Below, piece after piece: positions 1 through 10,499 of a stretch of DNA of 20,000 bases (positions are counted from its first letter, which is position 1; each line of letters opens with the position of its first letter). The stretch covers positions 117,191-137,190 of the forward strand of contig JAXLNO010000543.1 of NCBI GenBank assembly GCA_038087875.1. Direction: 5' to 3'. The DNA comes from Malacoraja senta. Its lineage: Eukaryota. The notes below the pieces were generated by a model that was given only the letters and a program-made list of their open reading frames with translations, was not told the DNA's origin and searched no databases. Both the position numbers and the translations under genes were made by a program.

Positions 1-67
1 CAGAATCTTTCGGCCTCCTTTCAAGAATGAAAATGGCAAGAATACCGAAAGAAAGTCTGTCATAAAG
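1..67 (+). pseudogene. Candidate upstream exon (3' part) of the PRDM9-like gene
   Basis: Open frame from position 2, RIFRPPFKNENGKNTERKSVIK, ending in phase 0 at a strong donor aag|gtaaga (68). It loosely resembles the post-KRAB VKPPW...K exon of PRDM9. Confidence 0.5.
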
Positions 68-183
68 GTAAGAACAGAAATTATTCCCAGAATAAAGGAC
101 GTGAGAAAACGCTTTTATGAATCAACAGAGTGGCTCTACATTAGCATTTTATTTTCTATTGGATCGAAATGACTGTTTTTTAG

Positions 184-330
184 AAAAATCTTCATCACTG
201 CTGTTGGAGTCAGGATCTAATGTGGCACCTTCATGCCCACGTTGGTTCTGCATGCAGCCTATCACCGCTGGCGACTCGCCAGCAGCCTCACGAAAAGGTC
301 CAGCCACAAGAGCTCAATAACAACTCCAAG
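184..330 (+). pseudogene. Candidate 147-nt phase 0-0 exon
   Basis: Acceptor tgtttttttag; 49 open codons KNLHHCCWSQ...QELNNNSK in frame with the preceding exon; donor aag|gtcaga is only moderate. No recognisable motif. Confidence 0.35.
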
Positions 331-504
331 GTCAGAGGCACTAATTGGCCTTATCTACACACTGGTTATGATTGTTGAGAATGTATGTAAAAGGGGCTTC
401 TGGAATAAACGTGACACGTGGTGTCTGGCTCAGCTAAGTATCGGTTCTTCTTTGCTTTCTGTCCTGGGATTCAGTGGATCCTACACTAACATTCACAAAT
501 ATAT

Positions 505-1250
505 TTTTATTGTTGAAAGAGGGTCAACATACAATGAATTTCATTTGCCATACAGTCATAGCAATAAAAAGCAACAGAACACACAAAATACATGTTAACA
601 TAAACATCCATCACAGTGACTCCTCCACATTCCTCACTGTGATGGAAGACGACAAAAAATTCAATCTCTTCCCTTCTTTGTTCTCCCGCCATCGGGAGCC
701 ACGAGCCTTCCGTTGATGGGGCGATCTTGGATCCCGTAGCCGGTGGTCGGGGCCTCCGCATCGGGGCGATCAAGCCCCTGCATTGGGGGGGGGGGGGAAT
801 CTCAGCTCCCCCGCGCTGGGTGATCTGACCCCAGGTCGGGGCTGGTCGAAACCTTCTGCGACTGGAGCTTCCCGATATCGGTCTTTACCCGAGACTGTGA
901 GCTCCTCGATGGTGAAATCTGTAGGCTGCATTTGGAGCGTCGATCTCAGGCAAGGGATCGGCTCCGATGGCAAGTCCTTCACCTCGTGGTGGGGCACAAT
1001 GTCAGTCCCGAGCAAGGCTTCTTGCTTCATGGTGTTAGGCCACAGAGCGACTGGAGATACGATCCGGAAAACAATCGCATCTCCGGCAAGGCAGGAGATT
1101 GACAAAGTGTTTCCCCCCCCACCCCCCACCCCCGCCTAAAACAAACCAGGGAACATTAACACATACTTTTAAAACTCACTAAAAATAACAAAAATATGAA
1201 AAGACAGACAGACTGTTGGTGAGGCTACTATCGTACGGCGCCCCTGGTGG
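505..1250 (-). mobile_element. Interspersed non-coding GC-rich repeat, probably a non-autonomous retroposon
   Basis: Sharp-edged GC/CpG-rich block within an AT-rich intron, with no credible protein. It resembles a high-copy batoid repeat as recalled, unverified. Boundaries are approximate and no TSD was found. Confidence 0.45.
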
Positions 1251-1324
1251 AAACAATCAAGAAGTAGAAACAATTTATTTGTGTCCTTACGAATCATAGT
1301 TTGCACCAAATTGTCTCATTACAG

Positions 1325-1403
1325 GTCATAAAAGATTTGTGAGGTGCCACTGAGGAAATTAAGTAAGGCACAGTGTTTGTTAAAAGAATCAAAAGAGCAA
1401 CAG
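1325..1403 (+). pseudogene. Candidate decayed exon
   Basis: Acceptor tctcattacag and donor cag|gtaatt; 79 nt. Reads VIKDL/CEVPLRKLSKAQCLLKESKEQQ only if one frameshift is allowed. Confidence 0.3.
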
Positions 1404-1754
1404 GTAATTCTGTTGGTAAAAGTGAAACTCAAAATGAGCGACTCCTGTACATTACAGTAAATAATTGAGATGAGATAATGACCTTCTGACTGCCACCAGG
1501 TCAATTAAATTAAATTCATAGAATATGTTGCATATTATGTAACTAACTTCCATGTTTTACAGTTTAACCACTTATCTGACTTGAAACATGTAATTAGGTT
1601 ATTTTTGGCACGGTGCATTGGTAGCCAAGGCAATGGTGGAACAATCCAATTCAAGAGCACTGAATTGTGTTCGATCATGCACTAATTTTTCTTTTAACAT
1701 TAATCAATAATGCCGACACACTGATTTGTTCTTATTTTGTATTTTCCGTTTTAG

Positions 1755-1789
1755 CTGGTGAAGCCTGCGAGACATTTTCATTGAAGAAT
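1755..1789 (+). pseudogene. PRDM9: 5' part of the PRDM9 zinc-knuckle/SET exon
   Basis: Pyrimidine tract and acceptor ttttccgttttag end at 1754. A phase-1 reading gives ggt gaa gcc tgc gag aca ttt (1-nt loss) att gaa gaa, similar to (C)EACETFFIEE. It stops abruptly at a (TATT)n LINE tail. Confidence 0.75.
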
Positions 1790-2311
1790 TTATTTATTTA
1801 TTTTTATTTAATTCTTTATTTCGAACCGAATAAAAGAATAAAAAGCAAGTGTGAAACAGCATACAAAAAAACTAAACAAGAATATTTATAAAGTGTTATA
1901 AACAATATTTATAAATAAATGAAATTGTCCGAAAAGGAGCAGGAAGAAGCCAAAGCTTATTAATTCCCACCCCTTATTCAACTGCTTATAATTATCTTAT
2001 ACAAATTTAGCAGCTATAAACACCTATTTCCATATGTGCACCAATTTATTTACATTTATACACTAATCAAATATTTACAGCCATACAAAAAAAGAGAGAA
2101 AAAAAGAAAAAAAGAAAAAACCCTCATGTACTATACAGTATCTCTTAGTCATATATACAACCCATCACCCTATAATCACCCTTCCCAATACAATCAGTAT
2201 AATAAATATCCTCATCCCAATATCCTTTAAAAAAAGTGTTTTTGTACATGTTTAAACTGAATCATGTTTGTGCTAAGTTTTATCTCCTGTTCCAAACCAT
2301 TCCACAAATTC
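1790..2311 (-). mobile_element. L2-group (Crack/Daphne-like) LINE, piece 4: ORF2 C-terminus, 3' UTR and (TAAA)n tail
   Basis: Minus strand reads NLWNGLEQEIKLSTNMIQFK, then an AT-rich UTR, then a (TAAA)n tail abutting the PRDM9 exon half at 1789. Confidence 0.8.
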
Positions 2312-2587
2312 TTTTTTTTTTTTTTTATTATTATTATTTTTTTATTTTTATTTATTAGAAGTACATTACATTACAACCACATACATTAATACGTCATTTG
2401 TATCTTCTTACAATTAATGTACTCCCTTTATTTATTTATTTTTACACTAGAAAAGGAAAAGATTGAAAGAAAGAAGAAAGTGAAGGAAAAAGTGAAAGTG
2501 TAGAAAAGTGTAGAAAATGTAACAACAAAAAAGGACGAAGACCCTATAAGAGCGAAATTAAAAATAAAAATAAAAAAAAGAGTTAAG

Positions 2588-2676
2588 AGATAGGCCCTAG
2601 GAAAAAAAAGAGAAAGAGAGGAAAAAAAAAAAAGTTTTTTTTCCTCTCTTTCTCTTTTTTTTCCTAGGGCCTATCT
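2588..2676. repeat. Perfect inverted repeat (42-bp arms, 5-nt loop) in the L1 3' UTR
   Basis: agataggccctagg a8 gagaaagagagg a8 / aaaag / t8 cctctctttctc t8 cctagggcctatct. Confidence 0.92.
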
Positions 2677-2792
2677 AGTTTTTTTTTTTTTTTTTTTTAA
2701 AGTATTACGTAAATAGGACATACCAACTCTTCAACTATCATCCCCCCTTACCTGACCTCAATTTTTTATTTTTTTTAAAGTACTTTTGCACC

Positions 2793-5700
2793 CTATGTTT
2801 GTAATAATTCTATAAATGCAGACCACGTCAGGTGGAAGTGATCTGGTTTACCTGCTAGGAGGAGTCTTATCTCTTCTAGGTGTAATGTTTCAAACATATT
2901 TGAAATCCACATATTTATAGTTGGTATTGGAGCCTTCTTCCAAAATTTTAGAATTAGCTTTTTTCCAGTTATTAACCCATAGTCCATTAATTTCTTTTGA
3001 AACACATTTAGTTCTGGATCATCTTCCGTTATTCCGAAGATAATCCATTCTGCTTTGGGTATCAGTCTTGTTTTAAATAACTTTGTAAAGATTTCAAAAA
3101 TTTCATTCCAAAATTTTTGAATTTTTGTACAGAAGACGAATGAGTGTGCTATAGTAGCTTCTTGGGATTGACATTTATCACAAATAGATGATACGTTTGG
3201 GAAAATTTTATGAATTTTAGTTTTCGAATAATATAATCTATGTAAAATTTTAAATTGTATTAAAGTGTGTCTTACATTAATCGAGCATTTATGCACGTTT
3301 AATAAGTATTCATTCCAACTTTCCTTTGAAATTTTAATAGCTAACTCTTGTTCCCAGTCTCTTCTGATACCCTCCGTAGGTGGTATTTGTACATTTAAAA
3401 TAATATTATACAAATATGATATTAAGTTTGCTGATTCCGCTTTTATCTGCATTGCCTCGTCCAATACATCTACTGGGTTATTATAATGATCTTTTGTATA
3501 TTTTTTCAAATAGTCGCATATTTGAAAATATTTAAAATATTGATTATTTCCGAGTTTATATTTTATTTGTAATTGTTGAAATGAAAGTAATTTTCCAGTT
3601 TCATACAAGTCACCAAGCGTTTTAATTCCTAGTCTATCCCATTGTGTATAAGCTTTATCTATAATAGAAGGACTAAACGAAGGGTTATTGACTATAGGTA
3701 ATAAAAGTGATAAATTTCTTAATTTTAAATTTTGTTTTATTTGTTTCCAAATACGGATTGTACTATGAATAATTGGGTTCTTATTATAATTTATGTTATT
3801 CAGTTTCATTGGAGAGAGGAGGATCGCTCCAATGTTTCTAGAGGAGCAATCCTCTTTCTCCATTACAATCCAGTCTACTTGCTGGGCGGAGTTATCCATC
3901 AGTTGAATCATGTTTTTAATATTTACTGACCAATAATAATACATAAAATTAGGTAGTGCTAAACCCCCCAATACTTTAGGTTTATTCAGATGAGTTTTTT
4001 GTATTCTATGTGATTTATAGTCCCATATAAAATTAGTGATATCTGAGTCGAGTTTTTTAAAAAACTTCTTAGGTAAGTATATAGGAATTGATTGAAATAG
4101 GTATAAAATTTGTGGTAAAAAGATCATTTTTATTGCGTTTATTCGGCCTATTAAAGACATCGGGAGCTTTTTCCAGAATTTAATTAGTGTATTTAATTTA
4201 TTAAGTAGGGGGTCAAAATTTGCCCTGAACATACCTTGATATGTTCTGGTAATTTCGATTCCCAAATATTTAAATTTTTCTGTAGCTATTTTAAAAGGGA
4301 ATTTTAAAAGATGTGTTGAATCTTTCGGTTTTATTGACATAATTTCACTTTTATTCCAATTTATTCTATATCCAGAAAAAGATCCAAAGTCTTCAATTAA
4401 ATTTAATATATTTGGTATAGTGATTTGAGGTTTTGTTATATATAGTAATATATCATCCGCGTATAAAGATATTTTATTATATGAGTCTTCAGTATTATAT
4501 CCATGAATATCAGGGTGTATTCTAATTTTTTCTGCTAGCGGTTCAATAATGAGAGCAAACAGCTGTGGTGATAATGAGCATCCTTGTCTATTTCCCCTTG
4601 ATAGTTGAAATTTCGAGGATAATATGTTATTAGTTAGTATTCTAGCTGTAGGTTTGTTATATAGTAACTTAATCCATAAAATAAAATTCTCTCCCAGTTG
4701 AAATTTTTGTAATACTTTATCCATATAATTCCATTCTACTTGATCAAATGCTTTTTCAGCATCCAGCGAAATAATTGATAATTCTTGATCTTCAGATTTG
4801 TGTGAGTGCATTATGTTGAGTAGACGTCTCATATTATTAGAAGAGTATCTCTTAGGGATAAACCCTGTCTGATCTGGGTTTATTAATTTACTAATGTATT
4901 TACTTAATCTTCTAGCTAATGTTTTCGCTAATATTTTTTGATCTGTGTTTAACAATGCTATAGCTCTATATGAACCAGGTTCTTCTAAATCTTTATTTTT
5001 CTTGGGTATTAATGTAATCGTTGATTCCGCTAATGTATCAGGTAGTATTCGTTTTTTAAAAGCGTATTGGTACATTTTTTGTAATCTTGGTATTAGTTTA
5101 TCATAAAAGCTTTTATAAAATTCATTAGTAAATCCATCAGGGCCTGGTGTTTTTCCATTCTTTAATGAGTTTATTGTATCTTCTAATTCCTTAATTGAGA
5201 TTTGTGCACCCAGTTCCTCTTGTTCCTTCAGCTCTAACTTTGGAAGATTACAGGTATCCAAGAACTTTGTGATATTATTGGAATCAATTATCGTTTTAGA
5301 TGTATACAAATTCTCGTAAAATTGCGCAAATCTTTTATTAATATCCTTCGGTGTTGTTAATAATTCCCCTTTATCTGATTTGATCTTTGGTATAGTATGT
5401 TCCTTTTCTCGTTTTTTTAGCTGGCGAGCCAAAAGTTTATGCGGTTTATCCCCAAATTCAAAGTGCTCTTGTTTTGTAATTTGAAAAAGTCTTATAAGTT
5501 TGGCAGATAATAATTTATTTAATTTAAATTTTAAAATTATTATTTTATTATGTTTATCTATTGATGGATCTTTAGCATTATCTATATCCATTTGTCTAAT
5601 AAGTTCTTCTAACTGTCTTTGTTCATTCTTATTCTTTTTATTTTGAAAAGCTTGATATGAAATTATAATACCCCTAATGTATGCTTTAAAAGATTCCCAA

Positions 5701-6582
5701 AATAAAGTAGGCGATATATCTGAAGTATCATTTGTTTGAAAAAAGACCTCCATTTGTTCTTTTAAATATATACTCGCTTGTGGATCTTTTAAAATTTGAG
5801 AATTAAATCTCCAGAACGATTTATTCTTAGACAATCCTTCCAGTTTTAAAAAGAAAGTTAGTGGGGAATGGTCTGAAATTGAATTTGTATGGTATATTGC
5901 ATTAGATGTTTGGGGGATTAATTTTGTATCCAGCAGAAAGTAGTCTATACGTGAGTATGTCTTATGTACCATTGAGTAAAACGAATATTCCCTGCCAGTT
6001 GGATTAACAATTCTCCAAACATCTGCTATATTAGTGTTATTTATATAGGTATTGAGGAGTTCCCCAGTTTTCGATTTCATATTCCCTCTCTGTTTTTGAC
6101 TTGATTTATCTAAGTACGGGTCTAAAACACAGTTAAAGTCTCCTCCTATTATAACATTTTGATTGTTTGACTGCAATTATGTTGAAAATTTTATTGAAAA
6201 AGTGGGGGTTATCAAAGTTAGGGGCATATATATTTACCAAAGTAAGTGGAGTGTCATGGATTACTCCATTAACTATTAGGTATCTCCCTTCTATATCTGT
6301 TATAATATTCTTTGCTTTAAATGGTATACCTTTTCTTATGATGATTGACGTGCCTCTAGATTTTGAAGTAAATGAAGAATGGTATGTTTGACCTATCCAT
6401 TTCGCCCTCAGTCTAACTTGATCCTGAGGTTTTAGGTGTGTTTCTTGTAGGAAGGTAATGTCAGAGTTGTACAGTTTCAGCTGAGCTAGTATCTTACCCC
6501 TTTTAATAGGTTCGTTAATACCTCTTATATTCCAACTACAAAATGAGATTCCTCCTAGGTTCTTTTGTGTGGTGTCATGCAT
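2793..6582 (-). CDS. L1 ORF2p (APE endonuclease, reverse transcriptase, C-terminal CCHC), one frameshift near 6175
   Basis: EN motifs SWNIRG, LQETH, NIYAPN, GGDFN, SRIDY, SDH; RT motifs PGPDG, DAEKAFD, RQGCSLSP, YADD, YLGI; CDKC..H..C. The 149-aa and 1127-aa ORFs are the two halves. Confidence 0.95.
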
Positions 6583-7393
6583 TTTGAATAATTATAGTAC
6601 CTTTGAATCTTGTGGTGCGTCCATATCCCAGGTCTTTAGGTATTGGGGGAGTTTTTGAATTATTAAATGTTGCTGGTATGTCCATTTTACGCTTATCACT
6701 AAACACAAAACACAAACAAGTGATTTTATGTGGTAAAAAAAACCCTAAAAAAGTGAGGCTACAGTGTCTAATATAGTCGGCACTGTAGCGAGTGTCCCAC
6801 CTGTAGGTGGGAAAAAACCTTGTTTTGACTTCCATTGTGTTGTTACACAAATAGCTCCGCTCTCTTAGTTAATCATAACATATTAAAATATTAAAACGAG
6901 GCCTCACATTCAGATATATAATACAATTTTACCCTGATATTTCCTTATAACATATATATATATCGGAGTTTAATTATTAAACCAATATTTTTTACTTCAA
7001 TAAGAATCAACTGTTGGTTGAAGGGGTTAACGAGATGTGCCCCTGGACATAAGCCAGGTGCTCGTTTCTCATCCCCTCCTCCCACTTATAGATAAGGTTA
7101 CAATTTATTAAAAATTCATATTAGTATGTTAGTTCATTATTTTTTATTTTTGTTTTTGTTAGTATTCTAATCTAACCTACATAACTTGTTAAGTTGTTAA
7201 TAGGATAAGTTCTTACAATTGGTTATAATATTTTAATCAATAAGCAATTATTTTCTGGTTTATATTCCAACTGTTCAGTTGTTTACACGTTTTGAACAGA
7301 AAATGTCCTTGATTCAACATTCCAAAGATAACAGTGTAACTATCCCCAGACAAAGCATTGCTTAGAATGGTACAGCTCTGCCAAAACTCCCTT

Positions 7394-7683
7394 TCATTTC
7401 TGTTTTTCAACGATAGTTTGGGCATATTTGAATGCATCTTCAGGCTTAACAAATGACTTTTCAAGACCATTAAAGGAAATACGCATTTTCGCGGGATAAA
7501 ACCCCCCAAATCTGATCCCTTCTCTCCCTCTTAAAAGATCTTTAACCTTATCAAATTTGTTTCTTTTTTGCACAATTTCATACGGGTAGTCCCTGAATAT
7601 CTTAATAGTGTCCTTGTCCAGCCGCAGTTGTACACCGTATTTGATTTTGCTCATAACATATTCCAGTTCTACAGTATCCCGAA
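7394..7683 (-). CDS. L1 ORF1p C-terminal fragment
   Basis: IKIFRDYPYEIVQKRNKFDKVKDLL..GFYPAKMRISFNG..F..PEDA matches the vertebrate L1 ORF1 (Transposase_22-like) C-terminal pattern. Confidence 0.85.
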
Positions 7684-7696
7684 ATTCCACAAATTC

Positions 7697-8131
7697 ACCC
7701 CACACATTGCTGTGCACATACTTTTAAGAGTTCTGACATTGAGTTTTTTTAAATTAAGTTCCCCTCTCAAATTATACCCACCTGTCTTTCCATAAACAGT
7801 TTTTGTATATTTCCTGGAAGTATTTTTTGCTTTGTACATGATTTGTGCACTTAAATTTAACCAGATCGGTGAACTTCAGTGTATGTGACCTTAAGAATAA
7901 TAAATTGGTATGTTCAAGGTATCCAACGTTATTGATAATTCTTATTGCTCTTTTTTTTAATGTGCATAACAGCTGTAGGTTGTTTTTGTAGGTGTTACCC
8001 CATATCTCCACACAGTAACTCAGATATGGCAATATGAGTGTATTATACAGAGTATGTAATGATTTGTGGTCCAGAATGTGTCTTGATTTTCCCAATATTG
8101 CTATAGACTTTGCCAGTTTTGCTTTGACGTG
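7697..8131 (-). mobile_element. L2-group LINE, piece 3 (ORF2 post-RT region)
   Basis: HVKAKLAKSIAILGKSRHILDHKSLHTLYNTLILPYLSYCVEIWGNTYK..KRAIRIINN; joins piece 4 across the L1 TSD (MCGVNLWNGL). Confidence 0.88.
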
Positions 8132-8607
8132 TGTTATGGCAGAATGTACCAGCTGATAGTCACGGCCTACGCGAGTTGTACCAATGTCCCATAAATTCCA
8201 GTTATCCACTAGACTCCGTGTTTAAGTTAAACAAACACTGATTTATTTTGTAAGATGTCCAAAACTTACATGCACGGGCAGGAATGTTTAATCACAGTAA
8301 AACACAGTCCGACACGGTAAGACACGTCCGACACGATACGACACATTAAGAAAACCGTTTGACTCCACTTGTTATTTTGTGTGCTTCTTACTGTCTCTGG
8401 GGCACCATTTTGTTCTTTCAGCACTAAAGCACTAAAGCCAGGTGAGCAGCAGCCCCTCAACAGGACATACTATATGTTTATCAAACCTGATAAACCAGTC
8501 TGTTCTAGACACAACATGAAACATACACAGCAATTAAACATTATCTCACTATGCTTATTCTGCGTGTTACAATAAAAGGAATTACAATATAATTCTTGCC
8601 CCTTACA
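8132..8607 (-). mobile_element. Solo LTR (476 bp)
   Basis: TG...CA ends with imperfect terminal inverted repeats (tgttatggcagaat / attcttgccccttaca) and a 5-bp TSD acgtg (8127-8131, 8608-8612). Removing it restores the host LINE frame. Orientation is tentative, from a minus-strand AATAAA near 8243. Confidence 0.8.
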
Positions 8608-8676
8608 ACGTGGTTTATATGTGGTTTCCAGCAGATTTTGTGGTCTAAGATCACACCAAGAAATTTATTTTCACAT
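8608..8676 (-). mobile_element. L2-group LINE, piece 2
   Basis: ENKFLGVILDHKICWKPHINH; in frame with pieces 1 and 3 once the LTR insertions and one copy of each TSD are removed. Confidence 0.88.
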
Positions 8677-8964
8677 TGCAGCGGCACCAAACGTGGTGAA
8701 TAAGGCCAGACGTCAGGCAGGTTCAAACAGTAGTTTTATTCAGGTGCTACATGTTAAGTTGGTCCGCTAACGTAATTATCATTGCTGCTGTAGCTGAGCG
8801 AGGTTGTTCTCTCAGACTCAGCTACCTGTCGACTCCCTAGGTCACAAGGTGAGATAAGCTTAAGTAGCAGGACACTCCCCCTATGCCGTGACGTCACGTG
8901 CCAGCCCTCGTAGCTACCGACGAGGGTTCGACTATAAGTGGCCTGTGTATCAGCTGACGCCACA
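8677..8964 (-). repeat. 3' LTR
   Basis: Direct repeat of 13833-14119 (about 23 substitutions and 1 indel by hand count); preceded on the minus strand by the PPT tctggggggggggtcc (8965-8980). Confidence 0.92.
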
Positions 8965-9404
8965 GGACCCCCCCCCCAGAACCGGAGGAAGGAATAGAAT
9001 GGTTGAGGGGAGCTCCTGCATGTGGGTCGGGGACACCCCGGGCATGGGTCGGGACGGAGGGGCCTGCGGGCGCAGTCAACGCTCCGCGTGGGCGATCCCG
9101 AGGTACCGAGGGGTGCGAGGAGACCGATGCAAAAGCCGCTGGATGGAAGATACACAGTTGCATCTCCTCGACCAGCTAAGAGATCGTGTCCTGAGAAATA
9201 CGGCCCCCAGCAACTGCTGGGAGACGTCGGCGACAATGAAGAAAAAAAGCTAAATAAAATAAATAAACTGATTGCTGAACCCGGCGTGGTGATACTGTGT
9301 AAACAAAGTGAAAAGAAACAACAAAAACTACACGTGCAAAGTGGTAAGTTCAAATTGTCCAGTGTCCATGGTGCAGGATGGGAAGCTGTGCTGGAAAACC
9401 AGAG

Positions 9405-9605
9405 GTTGCAGTGACAGCCTCCGACCTGAATGAGGCGTTGTTGCCGGTGGTCAGGCTGCAGGGTCGGCATCCGGTCTGAAGATGGCACTGTGGACGGCGG
9501 TCAGGCTGCAGTGATGGCAGCCGACCTGAGGGTGGCGCTGTTGCCGGTGGTCAGGCTGCCGTGACGGCATCCGGCCGGAAGGTGGCGCAGTGGATGGCGA
9601 TCAGG
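9405..9605. repeat. GC-rich tandem duplication, period 100 bp (two subunits of about 50 bp)
   Basis: ggcg(t/c)tgttgccggtggtcaggctgc at 9434 and 9534; the ggtcaggctgc motif recurs about every 50 bp. Confidence 0.8.
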
Positions 9606-10047
9606 GAAGGTCGAGCTTCTCTTCTGGCCGGCCGCGGTGGCCATTTTTGTAGTCGGGCACCGCTTGTTTCAGGAGGCCCCGGTGGCCATTTTGCCGGCCG
9701 GCTGAAGCGGCCTTGTCCAGCGATTCAAGACTGGTGAGGAGCAGAAGGGCCTCTTCGGCAGTCACCCCAGTTAAGCCCGCCCTATCGGGTGTCTATGCCT
9801 TGGCCAGTGGCCGGCTGGGTAATGGGCGGGCCTGCTCACTCCCCGCTCCCGGGGCCGACGGGCATGCGTCAGTGATGCTGGGGGCTGGGGAGCTGCTATG
9901 CTCGCAGCTCCTGCAGCAGCTGGAGGGGCAGCGGCAGCAGCCACAACCTCTCCGCTCCGGTCGTTGGCTCGGGCAGGTCATGCGGGAGAGCTTGGCGGCC
10001 ATCACACAAGGCCTGGAGCAGTGTGGGGGTTGAATGTGGGGCCGAGT

Positions 10048-10214
10048 CCGGTGCAGGGCCTGGAGCCGTGACCGCAGTGAGGCCGGATCCGGTGCAGGAC
10101 CTGGAGCCGTGACCGCAGTGAGGCCTGGTGCGGTGCCGGTGCTGAAGCCGTGTCCGCGGCGGGGCCCGGTGCGGTGCAGGGCCTGGAGCGGTGAGGCCCG
10201 GTGCAGTGCAGGGC
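10048..10214. repeat. GC-rich tandem repeat, unit about 41 bp, about 4 copies
   Basis: ccggtgcagg(g/a)cctggagccgtgaccgcagtgaggcc repeated with decay. Confidence 0.85.
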
Positions 10215-10226
10215 ATGGTGGAAGAT

Positions 10227-10331
10227 GGAAGGTTCGACCTGTACAAAAAGGATGGGTTGCACTTGAACCTGAGGGGGACCGATATCCAGGCGGGGAGATC
10301 TGCAAAGGCTACTGGGGAGACTTTAAACTAG
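10227..10331 (+). pseudogene. CR1 ORF1 C-terminus (SGNH esterase block V)
   Basis: GRFDLYKKDGLHLNLRGTDIQAGR...LN*; contains the DGLH catalytic motif. Confidence 0.85.
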
Positions 10332-10499
10332 AATGGTTGGGGGGAGGGACTCAAATAGAGAATGCTATTAGACAGTGTGTGAGGCAGGAGGCAGAGAAGG
10401 AAAGCACTCAGACCCAACATGTAGGGGGGACAGAAGAAAACAATAATAAACAGAGAATAAGAGGTGGTGGGGTTCTTAAATGGGTGAGCAGAGAAACAG

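Larger units (their letters stand above)
2312..7683 (-). mobile_element. LINE-1 (L1 clade) retrotransposon, 5'-truncated in ORF1
   Basis: Perfect 13-bp TSD attccacaaattc (2299-2311 and 7684-7696); A-rich tail at 2312-2355; ORF2; inter-ORF spacer of about 810 bp; ORF1 C-terminus. Confidence 0.95.

Noticed and set aside
1237..1250. CTCF-like motif (minus strand CCACCAGGGGCGCC)
   Set aside because: It is one G short of the core CCACCAGGGGGCGC and sits at a repeat terminus, so it cannot be supported without ChIP data.
3265..3929. Short + strand ORFs within L1, and minus-strand ORFs within CR1 at 10328-13239
   Set aside because: They are antisense shadows of retroelement ORF2 sequences.
7394..7717. 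107-aa ORF as a complete gene
   Set aside because: Its first residues come from the host LINE and the TSD; only 7394-7683 is L1 ORF1.
8754..10305. Overlapping ORFs of 90-244 aa on both strands
   Set aside because: These are expected in stop-poor GC-rich repeats. They cross LTR boundaries and show no gag, pol or env motifs.
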